64,000 nucleotides of DNA from NCBI GenBank assembly GCA_964252035.1, contig OZ176213.1, one strand, 5' to 3'. Below, piece after piece: positions 34,701 to 48,719 of the stretch. The notes under the pieces were generated by a model. It made no database searches. It was not told the DNA's origin and was given only the letters and a program-made list of their open reading frames with translations. The translations under genes were made by a program, and so were the position numbers. The DNA is from Podarcis erhardii (Eukaryota). The number at the start of each line of letters is the position of its first letter. Positions within the stretch are counted from its first letter, which is position 1.

Positions 34701-37700
34701 TCGTTGGATGTGCTTGGCTGTGGGTTCTGCCCAGCGAAAGATGCCGCGATAAATCGGTTCCCATCTTTTAAAGGTGCCCCAAGTCTCTCTCGCTGATTTG
34801 GTTGCAGGGAAAAAACTAGAGCAGCTGTCCCTCTGGAATTCACAAAGGATCAGTGGTCGGAAGGAGAAAACTCCCTTCGGAAAAAGAGAAGGGCTGTATC
34901 TTTGTCTCTAGCTGCTTCCATGTTGGAGCCCTCTAGCGCTGCTGGGGTGTTGCTTTTCTGCAATTAACCAGAACCAAAATAAAAACTTAGTTTAGAGCCA
35001 TATTATCTAGCAGTAACCTTTCCAAGACGGGTCCTTTGCTTACTCATAAGCAAGTCCCATTTATCATGGATTTTCAGCATCACGATTTGAGTGTTTTGTA
35101 CTTGCAGGTTCAGCCTGTTTTGTTGTTGGCTCCTGAGAGAGAGCCAGAGGGAAATTAGCAATGAATCGCCTCTCTGAGCTATAGCCTCCGTGTCAGTTTC
35201 TTTTTCCAAAGCAGTGCCATGCCTATCCGTGACCTGGTGCCAGATGTGGAATCATCGGAAGACAAACCAGACACCCCACAGGTCAATGACCTTGAGGAGC
35301 AGGCAGGTTCCCCTATAGGGGTCCTCTGGGTTGATACCTGCTTGGAACTGTAAGAGGAGAATGGCGGCACCAAAAGTTCCAGTTCCAAGCCAAAGTGCAA
35401 TGGCATAGCATGCATCTATAGGCCCAGTGTGGGTAAGGAACCCTCTTGTAAGGCATCCATGAAACTCATTCAGTACCAGAAGTAGCTGCCAGGATGATGT
35501 CTAGGATGCCAAAGTATGTAAGGTCATCCTCTTGAGCCTTCTAGTTGCTGGAAGCAACACAGGTCTCTGGCTCCTTGCTCCTGAATCTAGTTCCTTCTCT
35601 TTATACCATGCCTAAACTCCCTGTCATGCTAAATGTTAGACTGCTGCCTGACCTGGCGCCTGGATCATATTTTGGACCTAAACTGCTTGACCTTGGTTTG
35701 CCAGACTGTAATACACCTGCAATCCTGCTTAAGCCAACTGGGACCCAACCGCAACTGAGTTGCACTAGAACATGGCAGTCCTGTGGCTATAGAGACCAAT
35801 ATGGGAGAGACATGTTTTGTTGCAACTGGGGCAGATGAAGGCATCTGGGTTTGCCGCTGCAGATGCACTGTGGCGTTTCTTCTCTCTGCACTCTTCCCAG
35901 CAGTCATTCCTCCTCTGGTCACTGCTTGAGGATATATGATCTGTCTCCAGGCACTGCAGTCGTCCACAAAGGATACCCACAAGGCAGTGTTGATGTTGCC
36001 AGCTTTCATGTCACATTTGCAGACATATTTGTAGCACAGAGCTGGTCTGCCAATGGACCTGGGGCCTGAAGCCAGCTCCCTGTAGAGCATGTTCTACCAT
36101 CTTCCGTTCTGTGGATGGCAAATGACAAAATAGCAGTGAACGTCATGGTTAAAGAAATAGGAATGTGTGGAAGCTCACGAGCTGACTGATCACACACGTG
36201 GAAAAACTGAATCTGAAATATCTGCCTGAAATACAATAAAGCCTACATCTGGAAGCGAAGAATGTCAGTTCCAGAGAGGAGCCAAGGCAGAACCAACCTT
36301 TACCTATTGCTTTATTTGAGAATTCCAGAGGGCTTAGACAAAGTCCAGTGGACTTTTCTTTGCGTTGAGCATGTGGCAAGGACTAAGTCATGCCAAATCT
36401 GGGGTCTGCTGTCCAGTTCGGTGCTTTACTTGTCAAGCGATCCTTGGGCATCACACAATGGCTTCTCTAGTCTAAAAGAGGCACGACAGGCTGCAGCAAG
36501 AGGTTCTATCGAGCAGATCCTGCATCTTCTGAAATTTCCTTATGTGATAGCAGTCCTCTGGTACTCGAGTGAACCAGCAGGTGGCTCTGTGTGATCACTG
36601 AGGCTAGAAGCACATGCTGTTCACAGAAGCCAGACCCCCCCCCCGAGCTATCATGCTCCAGTATCTGAATACATATTGCCTCACCCAAGGCAGAAACATC
36701 CACCCATTGGCCATTCTTCAAGTCAGCCCACATATTCTTGTTCCCAGTAAGCCACAGTTCAGCTGCACTGTGTAACAAAGCTTTAGAACAGCAGCCACAG
36801 ACAACTCGTGCAAGTGAGCCAAGCCACATGCTATGTGGGAAAGTACATTTCCCTCTGTGCTTTTCCAGTTCACCTGCCAATCTGCCCCTGGGAGAAACTA
36901 CAGTGGTACCTCGGGTTAAGAACTTAATTCGTTCTGGAGGTCCGTTCTTAACCTGAAACTTCTTAACCTGAAGTACCACTTTAGCTAATGGGGCCTCCCA
37001 CTGCCGCCAAGCCACTGCCACGCAATTTCTGTTCTCATCCTGAAGCAAAGTTCTTAACCTGAGGTAATATTTCTGGGTTAGCAGAGGCTGTAACCTGAAG
37101 CGTCTGTAAGCCGAGGTACCACTGTATTTTCTAACCCCCAAATGGCAATCCGTCATGCTGGGAGGTTGAAGAAAACAACTCAGTAACAGTGGTTGTGTTA
37201 CACCATATGTTGAAAGCACATGACTTTCCCCAAAGAATTCTGGGAACTGTAGTTTGTTAAGGATGCTGGGAAGTATAGCTTCTGAGGGGGTAAACTACAG
37301 TTCTTGGAATTCTTGGGGTGGAGGGAGTCATGTGCTTGTAAACAGAGGGGAGAATGTTCTTAGATGTCCCCTCTAAAGAGCCTGTGGGAAAGCAAAAGGT
37401 TGTGGCAGAAGTAAGATTATGTGAACATTAATTTTGCCCACCCAATATCAGGTCTATTTCTTGGTATATTTAGGAACCTAGAAGAGCCTGTTGGATCAGG
37501 CCAGGGGCCTGTCTGGTCCAGCATCCTGATTCTCACAGCGATCAACCAGATGCCTGTGGGAAACCTGCAGGCAGGATCCGAGCACAAGAGCCCTCTCTCC
37601 TCCTGTGGTTTCCAGTCCTGCCCTCTGTCCCTTCCTTTATCCCACCAGCCCCAATAGGCAGCAGCTGCTGCTGCTGCTGCTGAGCTCAGGGTTATGCAAG

Positions 37701-38205
37701 CTATGTAGCCCAAACAGGTCTACTGAGAACCCCAAGGTTTGTAGACACTGAAAAATATTTACAAAGAAAACCTAAGAGGCCCCCGCCAAAAAAGAAAGAA
37801 AGAAAGAAAACTCAGTTCAGTTAAGGTTTCACTTGTGGTTTATAGAGTCCTGAGAGCTCTATTTGCATTCATGGGTTGAAAGCAAGGCTTACGTTCTAGT
37901 GAGCGATTAAAAGAGCAACTGTTTGCAGTATGATATGTGCATCGGGGAGAGATGCTCTCCTGAAACTTTTGTGAACTGCTGAGTATGGCTAAGCTGGAAG
38001 GTGTATGCTTCATTAGGGCGTGTTGAATTTTCAAGCTTTCAAATTCCAAAAATAACTTGGGAACTCAAAAGATGTTTTGCTTAAATCAATATAATTCAGT
38101 TTTGCTTGGTAAGTAAGATGTGTGAAAAATTGCCTTAAAAACAAAGATTGCCAAGTACTTATATGTTATATATTATTATTAGTAGTAGTAGTAGTAGTAT
38201 TCAAT

Positions 38206-38249
<44 letters not shown>

Positions 38250-38676
38250 GCATTACCTGACATTTTCAGAAGGCAGGCTTAAAATTATTGAGTTTTCAGA
38301 TAGCAGTTTGTGCTTATTCATCAGACGTAGACTTACCAAGCTGCATGTTGTCCAGTCACATCAATAATAGCAGATTCATATTCTTCACACCCCAAACCAT
38401 ATTTTTAAGACCGCTTGCTGAAAAAATTTGCAAAAATTAAGTTTCACCCCCTAAAATCAGGGAGAGGGCCTTCTTGGTAGTGGCACCTGCCCTGTGGAAC
38501 AACTTGCTATCAGATGTTAAGGAAATAAACAACTACCTGACTTTTAGAAAACATCTGAAGGCAGCCCTGTTTAGGAAGGTTTTTAATCTTTGATGTATTT
38601 ATTGTGTTTTTAATATTCTATTGGAAGCCGCCCAGAGTGGCTGGGGAAACTCAACCAGATGGGCAGGGTATAAATA

Positions 38677-38728
<52 letters not shown>

Positions 38729-41700
38729 TTATATGGCATGCTTCATGGTCTCTTTTCTCTGGGTCTTTCTCTCCCCTCTCGCAGTGCTGCAAGCTGGTTA
38801 AAGCCCCCCACTGCGCTCAGGAAGAGCCACGCGCCACGCTACCTGCGCCCAGCCTATTGGCATAACAACAGGAGCAAGCTTCTCTTCCTGGGCGGCTACC
38901 TGTGTGTGAACATCATCCTCTTCACCTTTGCGGCCTTGAAGCATGTTGACTCTGGCCCCTGGATCATGTTGGCCAAAGGCTGCGGTCAGTGCCTGAACTT
39001 CAACTGTGCATTTATAGTGGTGAGTAACGCGATGTATTCATTATGTAGTGAATGTCTTAAGCATACAGAAGTGGCCGTGGTGGGTCAGAGCAGAGGTCCG
39101 GCGAAAAGACGGCGCCAGAACAAGTTAATTCTCTCTGTTTGTATTCTATGCTGCTCCTCTAAGGCTAATAAAAACCCACAGGCTCCAATAAGTAACTCAG
39201 GTGGTGAGTATCAGCAAGATCTGAGCCACAGTAGGGCTACTGAGAAACAGGAAGGCAATATTGGCCATGCTGGGGAGAACCTCAAGTTTTACAAAAGTAC
39301 AATAAGTCTTTAAAATATTTTTTCAACCCATTGAGGACTGAAGATACTCAATAAGTTGAGTGTTAGTTGGAAAAACAAAAGAAGAAAAGGTTTGGGAATG
39401 CAATGGAGTGTCTTGGAGAAGGGCATGGCTGGCTCGGCTACCATGATACTCCATTCCATACCACCACCACCTATGGTTCCTATGGAAAAGAACACTTTGT
39501 TGCAGGTCCCCTTATTGATTTCTGTCAAATCTCGCCTGTTGCTGCTTACGTGTGCTTTGAATGTTTGAAATAAACAGATTCGCCTAGTCCAGCATTCTGT
39601 GTCTGACAATGCCCAATTCACAAGCATCCTTGGCAGCCATCCTTGATTTTGTCCAGGCTCTGGAAGATGCTCATAGCCAAGAAGTGGAACACAAGCTTTG
39701 CATGCATAGCTTCAATTCCCTGGCATCTCTAAATGGCTGGGAAAGCACATGGGCTTTTTTTTCAGCTGGAACTCACCAGAACTGAGTTTTGTCACCTCTT
39801 TGGTGCATTGCGTCACCTCTGTAGCTTTGCGGCACTTTGGCATACCACTTTGTGTTGCACAATGGAGGCTGTGTGCGGGGGTGGCACAGCAATTGGTGTG
39901 GTGTAGGGTGGCAGTAGTGTGGTGGGTGCTCCCCTAAAATAAGCTTAACAAGTTCTGTCACCTCTTTTTCTAGAAAAAAAAAGCCCTGGAAGCTGTATCC
40001 CTGATGCTGCGAAGAGCCACAACCAGTTAGGCTATATAGCTAGAACAGGCTTCCTCAACCTCGGCCCTCCAGACATTTCAAGACTACAATTCCCATCATC
40101 CCTGACCACTGGTCCTGCAAGTTAGGGATCATGGGAGCTGTAGGCCAAAAACATCTGGAGGGCCAAAGTTGAGGAAGCCTGAGCTAGAAGGACTAAACTT
40201 TTGACTCACTATAAATCCATTTCATATGCTGGTGGAGCACTGTCCTTTTAGAAGCATGCCTGGTGCAAACATGTGGCTCTTCAACTAACTTCTACAGCTA
40301 TTTTCTCCCCCCTTGAAGGTGCTGATGTTGCGCCGATGTTTGACCTGGTTACGGGCTACCTGGGTAGCCAGACTTCTGCCTCTAGACCAGAATGTCATTC
40401 TGCACCAGCTAATCGGCTATGCAGTAGCGGTTCTAACAGCAGTTCACACAGGGGCCCATGTAGCCAACTTTGGTAAGTGACAGTTTTCTAATTATTTATT
40501 TAAAATATTTTTATACAGCCTTTCAATCCTACCATGTGTCCTTTGAAGTAACAGGTAGGCCTGGGGGTGGGGGTGGCTCTCTGAACTTTCCACCTCCACC
40601 ATAAGGACATAAGGAGAACAATGATTTTACCCACCCATGGGCTGCTCTCCTGTGTTTTCCCTGTGGTGCTTGCATCTTTTTTTAGGCTACAGAAAACCTG
40701 ACATTTTTAGAGTCCAATAACACAATCTCCACAGGTGTAAATGACTTAGCACTAATCCCCCCTTTTTTAAAAAAAGAAGTGTGGTTTTTACACGTGCAGT
40801 GATGTCTATTGCCTTGCATATCCACATAGGCACACTTGAACTACTGCCTTTCCCCATGGTGTCATTTTATCAGTATGTTGCTTTCCCCCCCCTTAATCAG
40901 GATTTTAATTTGCGCTAAAACACCTATTTTTAAAAACTGAAATATTCACACGCAATAGTGCGTAAATCAGAAATGTGTGGGTTTTTTGCATACGTTAATG
41001 TATCATTGTGTGTTGTTTCTAAAGGCTGCCTGCTCTAGCATTTCTGGACGGTACCATTTTATCATCTCGTTCGCCCACCCCAATCTTCCAAGTTGCTCTA
41101 AAACTCTTTGAAACACCTGTTTAAGGTTTTTGAAGCAACTGTGCCATAGCAGTTAAATAAAAATGTGCTTTAGTGCATACCTGGACAGTTGTTTATAATC
41201 AAATTGTTTAAAGGTCTAGAAGATGCATGCTCTGGTTCTTCTCCAACATCTTGCTCCTTGCTCATATGCTTTGATGTGGGCAGAACGGATCAGGATGTTC
41301 ACATACAAAAAGTGCTATCTGCTTGAAGAAAGTGTGTGCACTCCCTACATTCCCTGCCTACACAAACAGACATACTGTCTGCTCCAACATGCCAGGGGCT
41401 TATGGGAGTTGTAGTCCAACTATCATCTGGATGATACAAGGTTAGCAAAGGCTGTCTTAGAGCTTCATGGTTCATATCATAATAATATGTCATCATCATA
41501 ATAATTTATTATTTATACCCCGCCCATCTGGCGGGATTTCCCCAGCCACTCTGGGTGGCTTCCAATAAAATATACAGTAATGCATCAAACATTAAAACAT
41601 TAAAAGCTTCCCTAAACAGGGCTGCCTTCAGATGTCTTCTAAAAGTCTGGTAGTTGTTGTTCTCTTTGACATCGGGTGGGAGGGTGTTCCACAGGGCGGG

Positions 41701-44700
41701 TGCCACTACCGAGAAGGCCCTCTGCCTGGTTCCCTGTAACTTGGCTTCTCACAGTGAGGGAACTGCCAGAAGGCCCTCGCCACCGGACCTCAGTGTCTGG
41801 GCAGAACGATGGAGGAGGAGCCGCTCCTTCAGATATACTGGACCGAGGCCGTTTAGGGCTTTAAAGGTCAGCACCAACACTGAATTGTGCTCGGAAATGT
41901 ACAGAATGCCGTTATTGCGGTGCTAGAATTCTCTTAGTGGAGGTCTTTCTCTCTCCCCTATAGTTAGAATGTCTCAGATCAAAGGCACTTATCAGCTTTG
42001 GGAATACCTCTTCACCACCCGGCCTGGGATTGGCTGGATTTATGGAACTGCCTCCCTCACAGGCCTCATGCTGCAGCTCCTCATCGCCCTTATGCTGGTG
42101 TGCTCTAGTACTTTCGTCCGCAAGGGTGGCCATTTTGAGGTGACGTGCTTGACTTCCTCCTCCTTCCTGTTGCTTACGTCATTTGCCTTGTGAGTCAAGT
42201 AACTCCCAAGTGTCAGTGATCTCTTTTGAGCTTTGCTTATTTTAAATTATCGATGTGCTCTTCGTCCAGTTTTAACTTCAGGCTCATCCACATTTCCAGT
42301 TGTCCAGTGGAAACTTCAATCCACAGAAAAAAATGATTGACATTTGAACCGATTCAGCGGGACACAGTGGGTTTTCCTGGGGAAAGTGGTGGGGCAAGCA
42401 GAAGTGTAGACAAGCCCTTAATCGTTCAAAACACCGCCTTGCTCTCTTGAATAAGTAAGATGCCCTTCTTTGTCACCAGCAGGTCTTCTACTGGACTCAC
42501 CTTTCTTACATCTTCATTTGGGCTTTGCTAATTGTCCACGGTCCTAATTTTTGGAAGTGGTTTGTGGTACCTGGATTTCTTTTCCTCTTAGAGAAGATCT
42601 TCGGTGTTGCCATGTCACACGTTGGAGGACTGTACATAGTGGAAATCAACCTCTTGCCCTCAAAGGTTTGCTTCCCAAACAATGATGAATTAAAAGGGGA
42701 AATGTGTGAAAATACCTAATTTTCCGGAAAGAGTAGAAGTGGAAGTGAGGTGGCTTGAGCATCTGATTTGATTTCCCCGAGCTTACAAAGCATTCTGATT
42801 TGTTTCAGGGAGGTTATAGGATGTTGTATCAATCCCAGAGTTTTCCATGCATTTTTAACATCAAATTCCTTACCCCAGAAATTCATAGCATCCTAGAATT
42901 GCAGAGTTGGAATGGACTCCATGGGAAATCTAGTCCAACCCTCTGCAAAGCAGGAATCACAGCTAAAGAATCCCTGACAGGTGGCCATCCACCCTCTGTT
43001 TAAAATCCTCAAATGAAGGAGAGTTCACCACCTTCCAAGGTAGTACATTTCACTGTCAAACAGCTATTACCATCAGAAAGTTATTTCTAAGGTTTAATCA
43101 GAATCTCATTTATGGTCAGGTTGTACTTTGCAGAGCAGGAGAAAACAAGCTTGCTCCATCTTTCATGTGAATGCCTGTTCAGATATTTGAAGAAGGCACT
43201 CATATCACCTCTCATCCTTCTCTTCTCCAGGCTAAACATACCTAAATCCCTCAATTGTTCCTCATAATAACAATCATTCTGAATAGAATTATTTTTGAAT
43301 GGATTTGCTGTGCAAGAGCACCAAATCCACTGGAAGGCTGTATGCGTACCATACATTTAAAGCACATGACTTCTCCCAGAGAATCCTGGCAATTGCAGTT
43401 TACTCCTCACAGAGCTACAGTTCCCAGCACCCTTTACAAACTACAGCTCCCAGGATTCTTTGAGGGGGAGTAATGGACTTGGAATGCCTAGATCATGCGC
43501 AGCCTCATTGTGCAACCTGAATTTGCTGACATGCGACAGAATCCCAACCCGCTAAATAGTGATCAACTAGAATCCTCCTATGAGCTGGGCATTGTGCTTC
43601 CAGGTCATATGCAAACAAGTTGTTCCCTTAGTGATGGCATTTCCCCTCTTCACATGTGCCCTATCTTTCTCTTTTGGATCCAGGTGACTCATTTGGTGAT
43701 CAAGAGACCTCCGTTTTTCCACTACAAACCTGGTGACTACGTGTACCTGAATATCCCAGTCATAGCCAAGTATGAATGGCATCCATTCACCATCAGCAGT
43801 GCTCCAGAGCAACCAGGTAGATCTCAAGCCAGCCGGAAAGCAGCCTGGGCTGGGGTTTAAAGGCAAGGGCATCAAACAGCCCACACCAACCTGGCGCCCT
43901 GCAGGTGTCGTGCACTCAGGTCCTGCATGCATGTTTCCCATTGAGGCACCTGGTTGGCCACTGTGAGGAGAAAGCATTGGACTAGATGGATCCAGCAGCT
44001 TGATCCAGCAGCCAGGCTATTCTTGTGTTCTTCTTCTTCTTATTATTATTTAATGAATTTATATGCTGCCCTATACCCAGGGGTCTCAGGGCAGTTCACA
44101 GAATAAAATCAAGATATAAAACCACACAATACCTAATAAAAATAAAAACAGCAACCCAGTACCCTTCCACACACAAAAAACTCCCACATTTTAAAAGGGC
44201 ATAGGATGTAAATCGGATCAACCAAATGCCTGGTTAAAAAGGAACGTTTTTGCCTGGTGCCTAAAGGTGTATAATGAAGGTGAACTTCCCTGGGGAGAGC
44301 ATTCCACAGATGGGGAGCCACTGCAGAGAAGGCCCTGTTCTTGTGTTGCCACCCTCTGGACCTCTTGAGGAGGAGGGCCTCAGAAGAAGATCTTAGGGTC
44401 TGGGTAGGTTCATATGGAAAGAGGTGGTCCTTGAGGTATTGCGGTCCTGAGCCATTTAAGGCTTTATAGGTTAAAACCAGCACTTATGCCAAGTCCTCCT
44501 ATCAGTCCCAACCAGCACTGCCAGAAGCTATAGTCGAAAACATCTGGAGGGTATCAGGTTGGCGAAGGATGGTGTAAAAACCTTGATATGTAATTCATCT
44601 GGTCCCATTGTCTGTCATGCCAGGAAGATAGAGTCCCATGCTATTGTCCCAGAGCAGGGCTGTACAGATCTACTGAAGCAACCCACATCAATGCTGCAAT

Positions 44701-47700
44701 AGGTTTCTCTCTGCAGAAATATTGATAAAGTCACTTCTCTCCCTAATCCCCTTCTTGTGAGCCAGGCTTCATATTCCCATTGGTTTGTATGTGTTATGAA
44801 ATTAACGTTGGTCCTGTTCCTACTCTTTTCAAAATCAAGTTTCCAATATTCCAAAAGGCTTGCAAAGCTTCGATCAGGCTCAGGACGTTTCAGGTATAAT
44901 CCCTTTCCTGGTGTCTCCAGCCCACTCAAACCTTGACATCTCATCCTTGAGGCTGCTGTAAGTAAGTGGTGAGTTCCTGCCTCTTAATTTGGGAAAGGTG
45001 GCCTTGATCCACTTCCTGCTATGAGGTGGGTTACCTCCTGGCTCTTGGCTCAGTTTAATGAGGACGGCTAAGGATGCTTATGTTTCTCACTGGGTAACCT
45101 TCTGCTTTCTCTCCAAAGGGACCATCTGGCTGCATATACGGTCCCTGGGACAGTGGACCAACAGGCTATATGAATACTTCTGGAATCAACAGGAGTGTCA
45201 TGACCACAGGTCCGAATGGCTACACAGAAAGGCAAAGGCAAAGAAGAAGAACAGGTCCCAGAAATGGGTGCAGGTTTGCGATTAAAACAACAACAACTCA
45301 GTAACCATGACTGTGGTGTCTTCAGTGGCATTTAAAAAATCTTAATGGGTTGATTCTAAGTTAAATTCTGTGGCATTGCACTGGATGAACATGGTACTGG
45401 GGGGTTATGGAGTGGGGGGGTAGAGGCAAAGCTGAGGCTCTGGGCATGCTTGGACTTTAATTGCATAGAGAAATCATTTCCGTGGAGCAAGGTCTTTTGT
45501 GGGGAGGGGGGGTTACAATTTGTGTAGGCAGAATACTGAGCACAACCCATCACTGACTCACCCAGCCCTTGTCAACTTGTGGACAGCAACACAGAGCTGA
45601 AGCAAAGCCAAGAGGGCCGCAGGTCAGATCCTGCAGCTCACCATGAACTTTTGTTCCAGAAATGTCTCTTTGGCTCCTCTGACCTGGACCAGCCTGTGGC
45701 CAGCAGTTCCGATGAGATGGTTGAGATCTTATCTTATATGCCCATCAGGCATCCCAGCTGGGAGACTGCGAGTGTCGGAGCAGCCAGCCAGTGCAAGGAG
45801 GGGAACACACAACCCAGAAGAGGAAAGGTCTGGCTTCTCCTGGCAAATATGTGTACATTCCATCCTTGATAGATCTGCCCCTCTCCCCCACAGAAAGGCA
45901 TACTTCAGCTCTTGCTATGTGGCAAGGAATCCAGAGGCTGTGTGGAAGGGTTTAGTTTCCTTCAGGAGTGAGGCTACAGGAGGCTTAGGTGATTCCTTGA
46001 ATCTTGACAAATGTGCAAGGAGAACAGAGCAGAAGCAAACAGACTCCTAAGACAGACATGGAAAATTTTCACCAGTTCCCCTGTGCTTCCAGGCCAGCAT
46101 CATATAGCACTAAACTCATAGCTCTATTCCTCTGTTTCTGAATGAAAAAAGTTCAACTTCTTTCATCTCTCCTTGCAGAGTGCTGGTTTCAGACTTACAG
46201 GTAAATTGGCCTCTTAAGAAAACTTGCATTAGGGAACACTGTGAACTGGCAGGGTATATTGGTGTGCTTTTTCTGTATATATATATAAAATTTGTTTCCT
46301 TATTCTTTGTTAAATAATTAAAAAAAAAATAAAAAGAGAAAGGAAAAAAATGAGAAAGCAAAAGAAACAATAATTTACAGTGCAACCCACCCCTAAATAG
46401 GGCTCTTTTTTCTAATGGGATATGGTGGACCTTTCGCTAACAAGAACATATTCGTTAACAGATTCCTGGCAGGCTTAGTGAGAATCAGAGACTCTGTAAC
46501 ATCAAGGTAAGATCTGCTGCTGCTCTATGAAATGCCTTGAGCACCCACAAGCAGGCCAGGTTCTGTACAGAGTTTAGAAGCATCTCTTCCCCAGAGACAT
46601 TGGGGGTGGGGGTGCAGGAGGGAGCAACCAGGTATCAGGAGAAAGCTCAGGGTGTATCAAGTAGCTGAGTACAGAAGTCAAAGTTTGTAAGGCTTAATAA
46701 ACGGGCAGGCAGGCACTTGAAGAAAAAAGAGGTGGGAATGTGCCCTGGGCAGAGACAGAAGCATATTAGCACCTCCAACACCACAGTTTCTCTTAGCGTG
46801 TGTCAGGTGATGCTAAGCTAAAATGTGGGAGAGGGCTTTGGGACAACGTTCCCCCTCTTAAAAAGATGTCTCCTCACTTTTGATGCAGTTTAAATCTCTC
46901 TCTCAGAGGGAGAGGAAAGCGAAAGCTTTGCTTGCCCTCCGTTCTGTCACGTAGCCAAATCTAAATAGGCTATATCTGGTGTTGCGGTGACATCATGTTT
47001 GTTACACAATCCCTGATGGGCTGGGATCATGCAGAGAAGAAGCCCTTCCAAGAGAAAAGCTGGCAGCAAGACAGCAACCAACAGGAAAAGCGATGGCCGC
47101 AAAGAGGTGTCCCAGAAGGGAGGGACAGTGGCAGCTAGTGGCAATGGCAGGGGTAGCGAATCCCTAGGCAAGCCAGGCCCCAAATGCAGGCCAGGGTTCT
47201 GAACTCCCACAGTTGTGAATTCTTCCTTATCACTAAGAAGATTATTCACTGAAAGCTCAGTTAACTCTGCAGTCACCAAGGATAAATCATAACATAACAA
47301 GCCAGATTTACCACGAACAGGATCAAATCAGTGCCGTGCCGTTACCTCCCCAGTGTTACATCGATGGTCCTTATGGGACTCCCACTCGAAGGATCTTCAC
47401 ATCAGAGCATGCCGTTCTGATAGGAGCAGGAATTGGGATTACACCCTTTGCCTCCATTTTGCAAAGCATCATGTTCAGGTTGGTCTGCTGCAGATTAGAA
47501 TCAATTCTTTTGTCAAAGTTGCAGAACCTGCATTTTTTTCCCCTTTCCAAAAACTAGTTTTAGAATGTGCAATCTTTTATTTGATCAACATCTTCTGCAA
47601 GGGTGAGGAAACCTTTTCAGTCTGAGAGCTATATTCTCACATGGGTACCTCCTGAGGGTCAGGGCAAAAGCAGGTGTGTCTGTACCCTTGTACAGCAGAC

Positions 47701-48670
47701 TAAATTCCAGCCACAAAAATGCCAGAGGTCATTACAGATGATGCATCTCTACAGTCTTCATTCAGGTAAGCAAGAGGGATTATCGCAGGTCAAGGACACA
47801 TTCCAGCCTTCCCTAAACATTCAGGAAGTGTAGCTCTGGGGAGGAAGTGTGGCTTACTGAGAATCTTCATGGATACGGTAAATAGAGAGATCTGCCTTTG
47901 GTTCTTGGAGGTCTGCATTCCACCCCAAACCCTCTCCCAGCCTGAGGTTTCCCACCCCTGGTCTACTGTCAAAAAGGCAGTATGATTCCAAACCTTGTCT
48001 ACTTCTTGTAAACCAATACACAGAACTTTTAAAAATGGTTGCAACTTTTTAAAAAATCGCTATTGAACTTTCCAAGTAATAAGCAACAGCCATTCCTGGT
48101 TGTATTTGTTAATGCCAGCTGCTAAGAAAGGCTGGCGATTCTCTGCTCACCTCAAAAGATACCCTATAATTTTTCTTTCTTTCTTTCTAGACACCGTATG
48201 CGAAAGCAAACCTCTTCTAGCCAGGAAAACATGAAACTCCTGAAGGTGAGGTGGCGTCCTCAGCTGTGGCTTGGACGTTTGTGCAGAAAAGCATTTTTTG
48301 CTACAAAAACAATGAACAGCAGTAGCAGTAAGTAAAACCTTCTTGTCTTTAGGTTGACTTTATCTGGATCAACAGAGACCAAAAATCATTTGAATGGTTT
48401 GTAAGCCTGCTGACCCAGCTGGAAATCAATCAGGCTGAAGAAGACCCTAGCAGTAGGTGACCATTTTTTGTCCTTGTCTTTCTTTAACCGTGACCCAAAC
48501 TGAACACCATCCTCAAGAGGATGAACCAGAATGATGCCACCTGAGGCTTCCAAACTTAAACTGTGGGTTGGATATATTTTGATGGGAAAACTGGACTTAA
48601 TTCACACATGAACCATCCTAAACCCCCCCCCCAGCATCCTTTATCCCTCCCTCCCTCCCTCTCCCCCCCC

Positions 48671-48719
<49 letters not shown>

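Noticed and set aside
38621-39313. 230-aa ORF
   Set aside because: It is an L2 (ATT)n tail read in frame into the true NOX5 exon 38785-39019 and on into the intron, not a separate gene.
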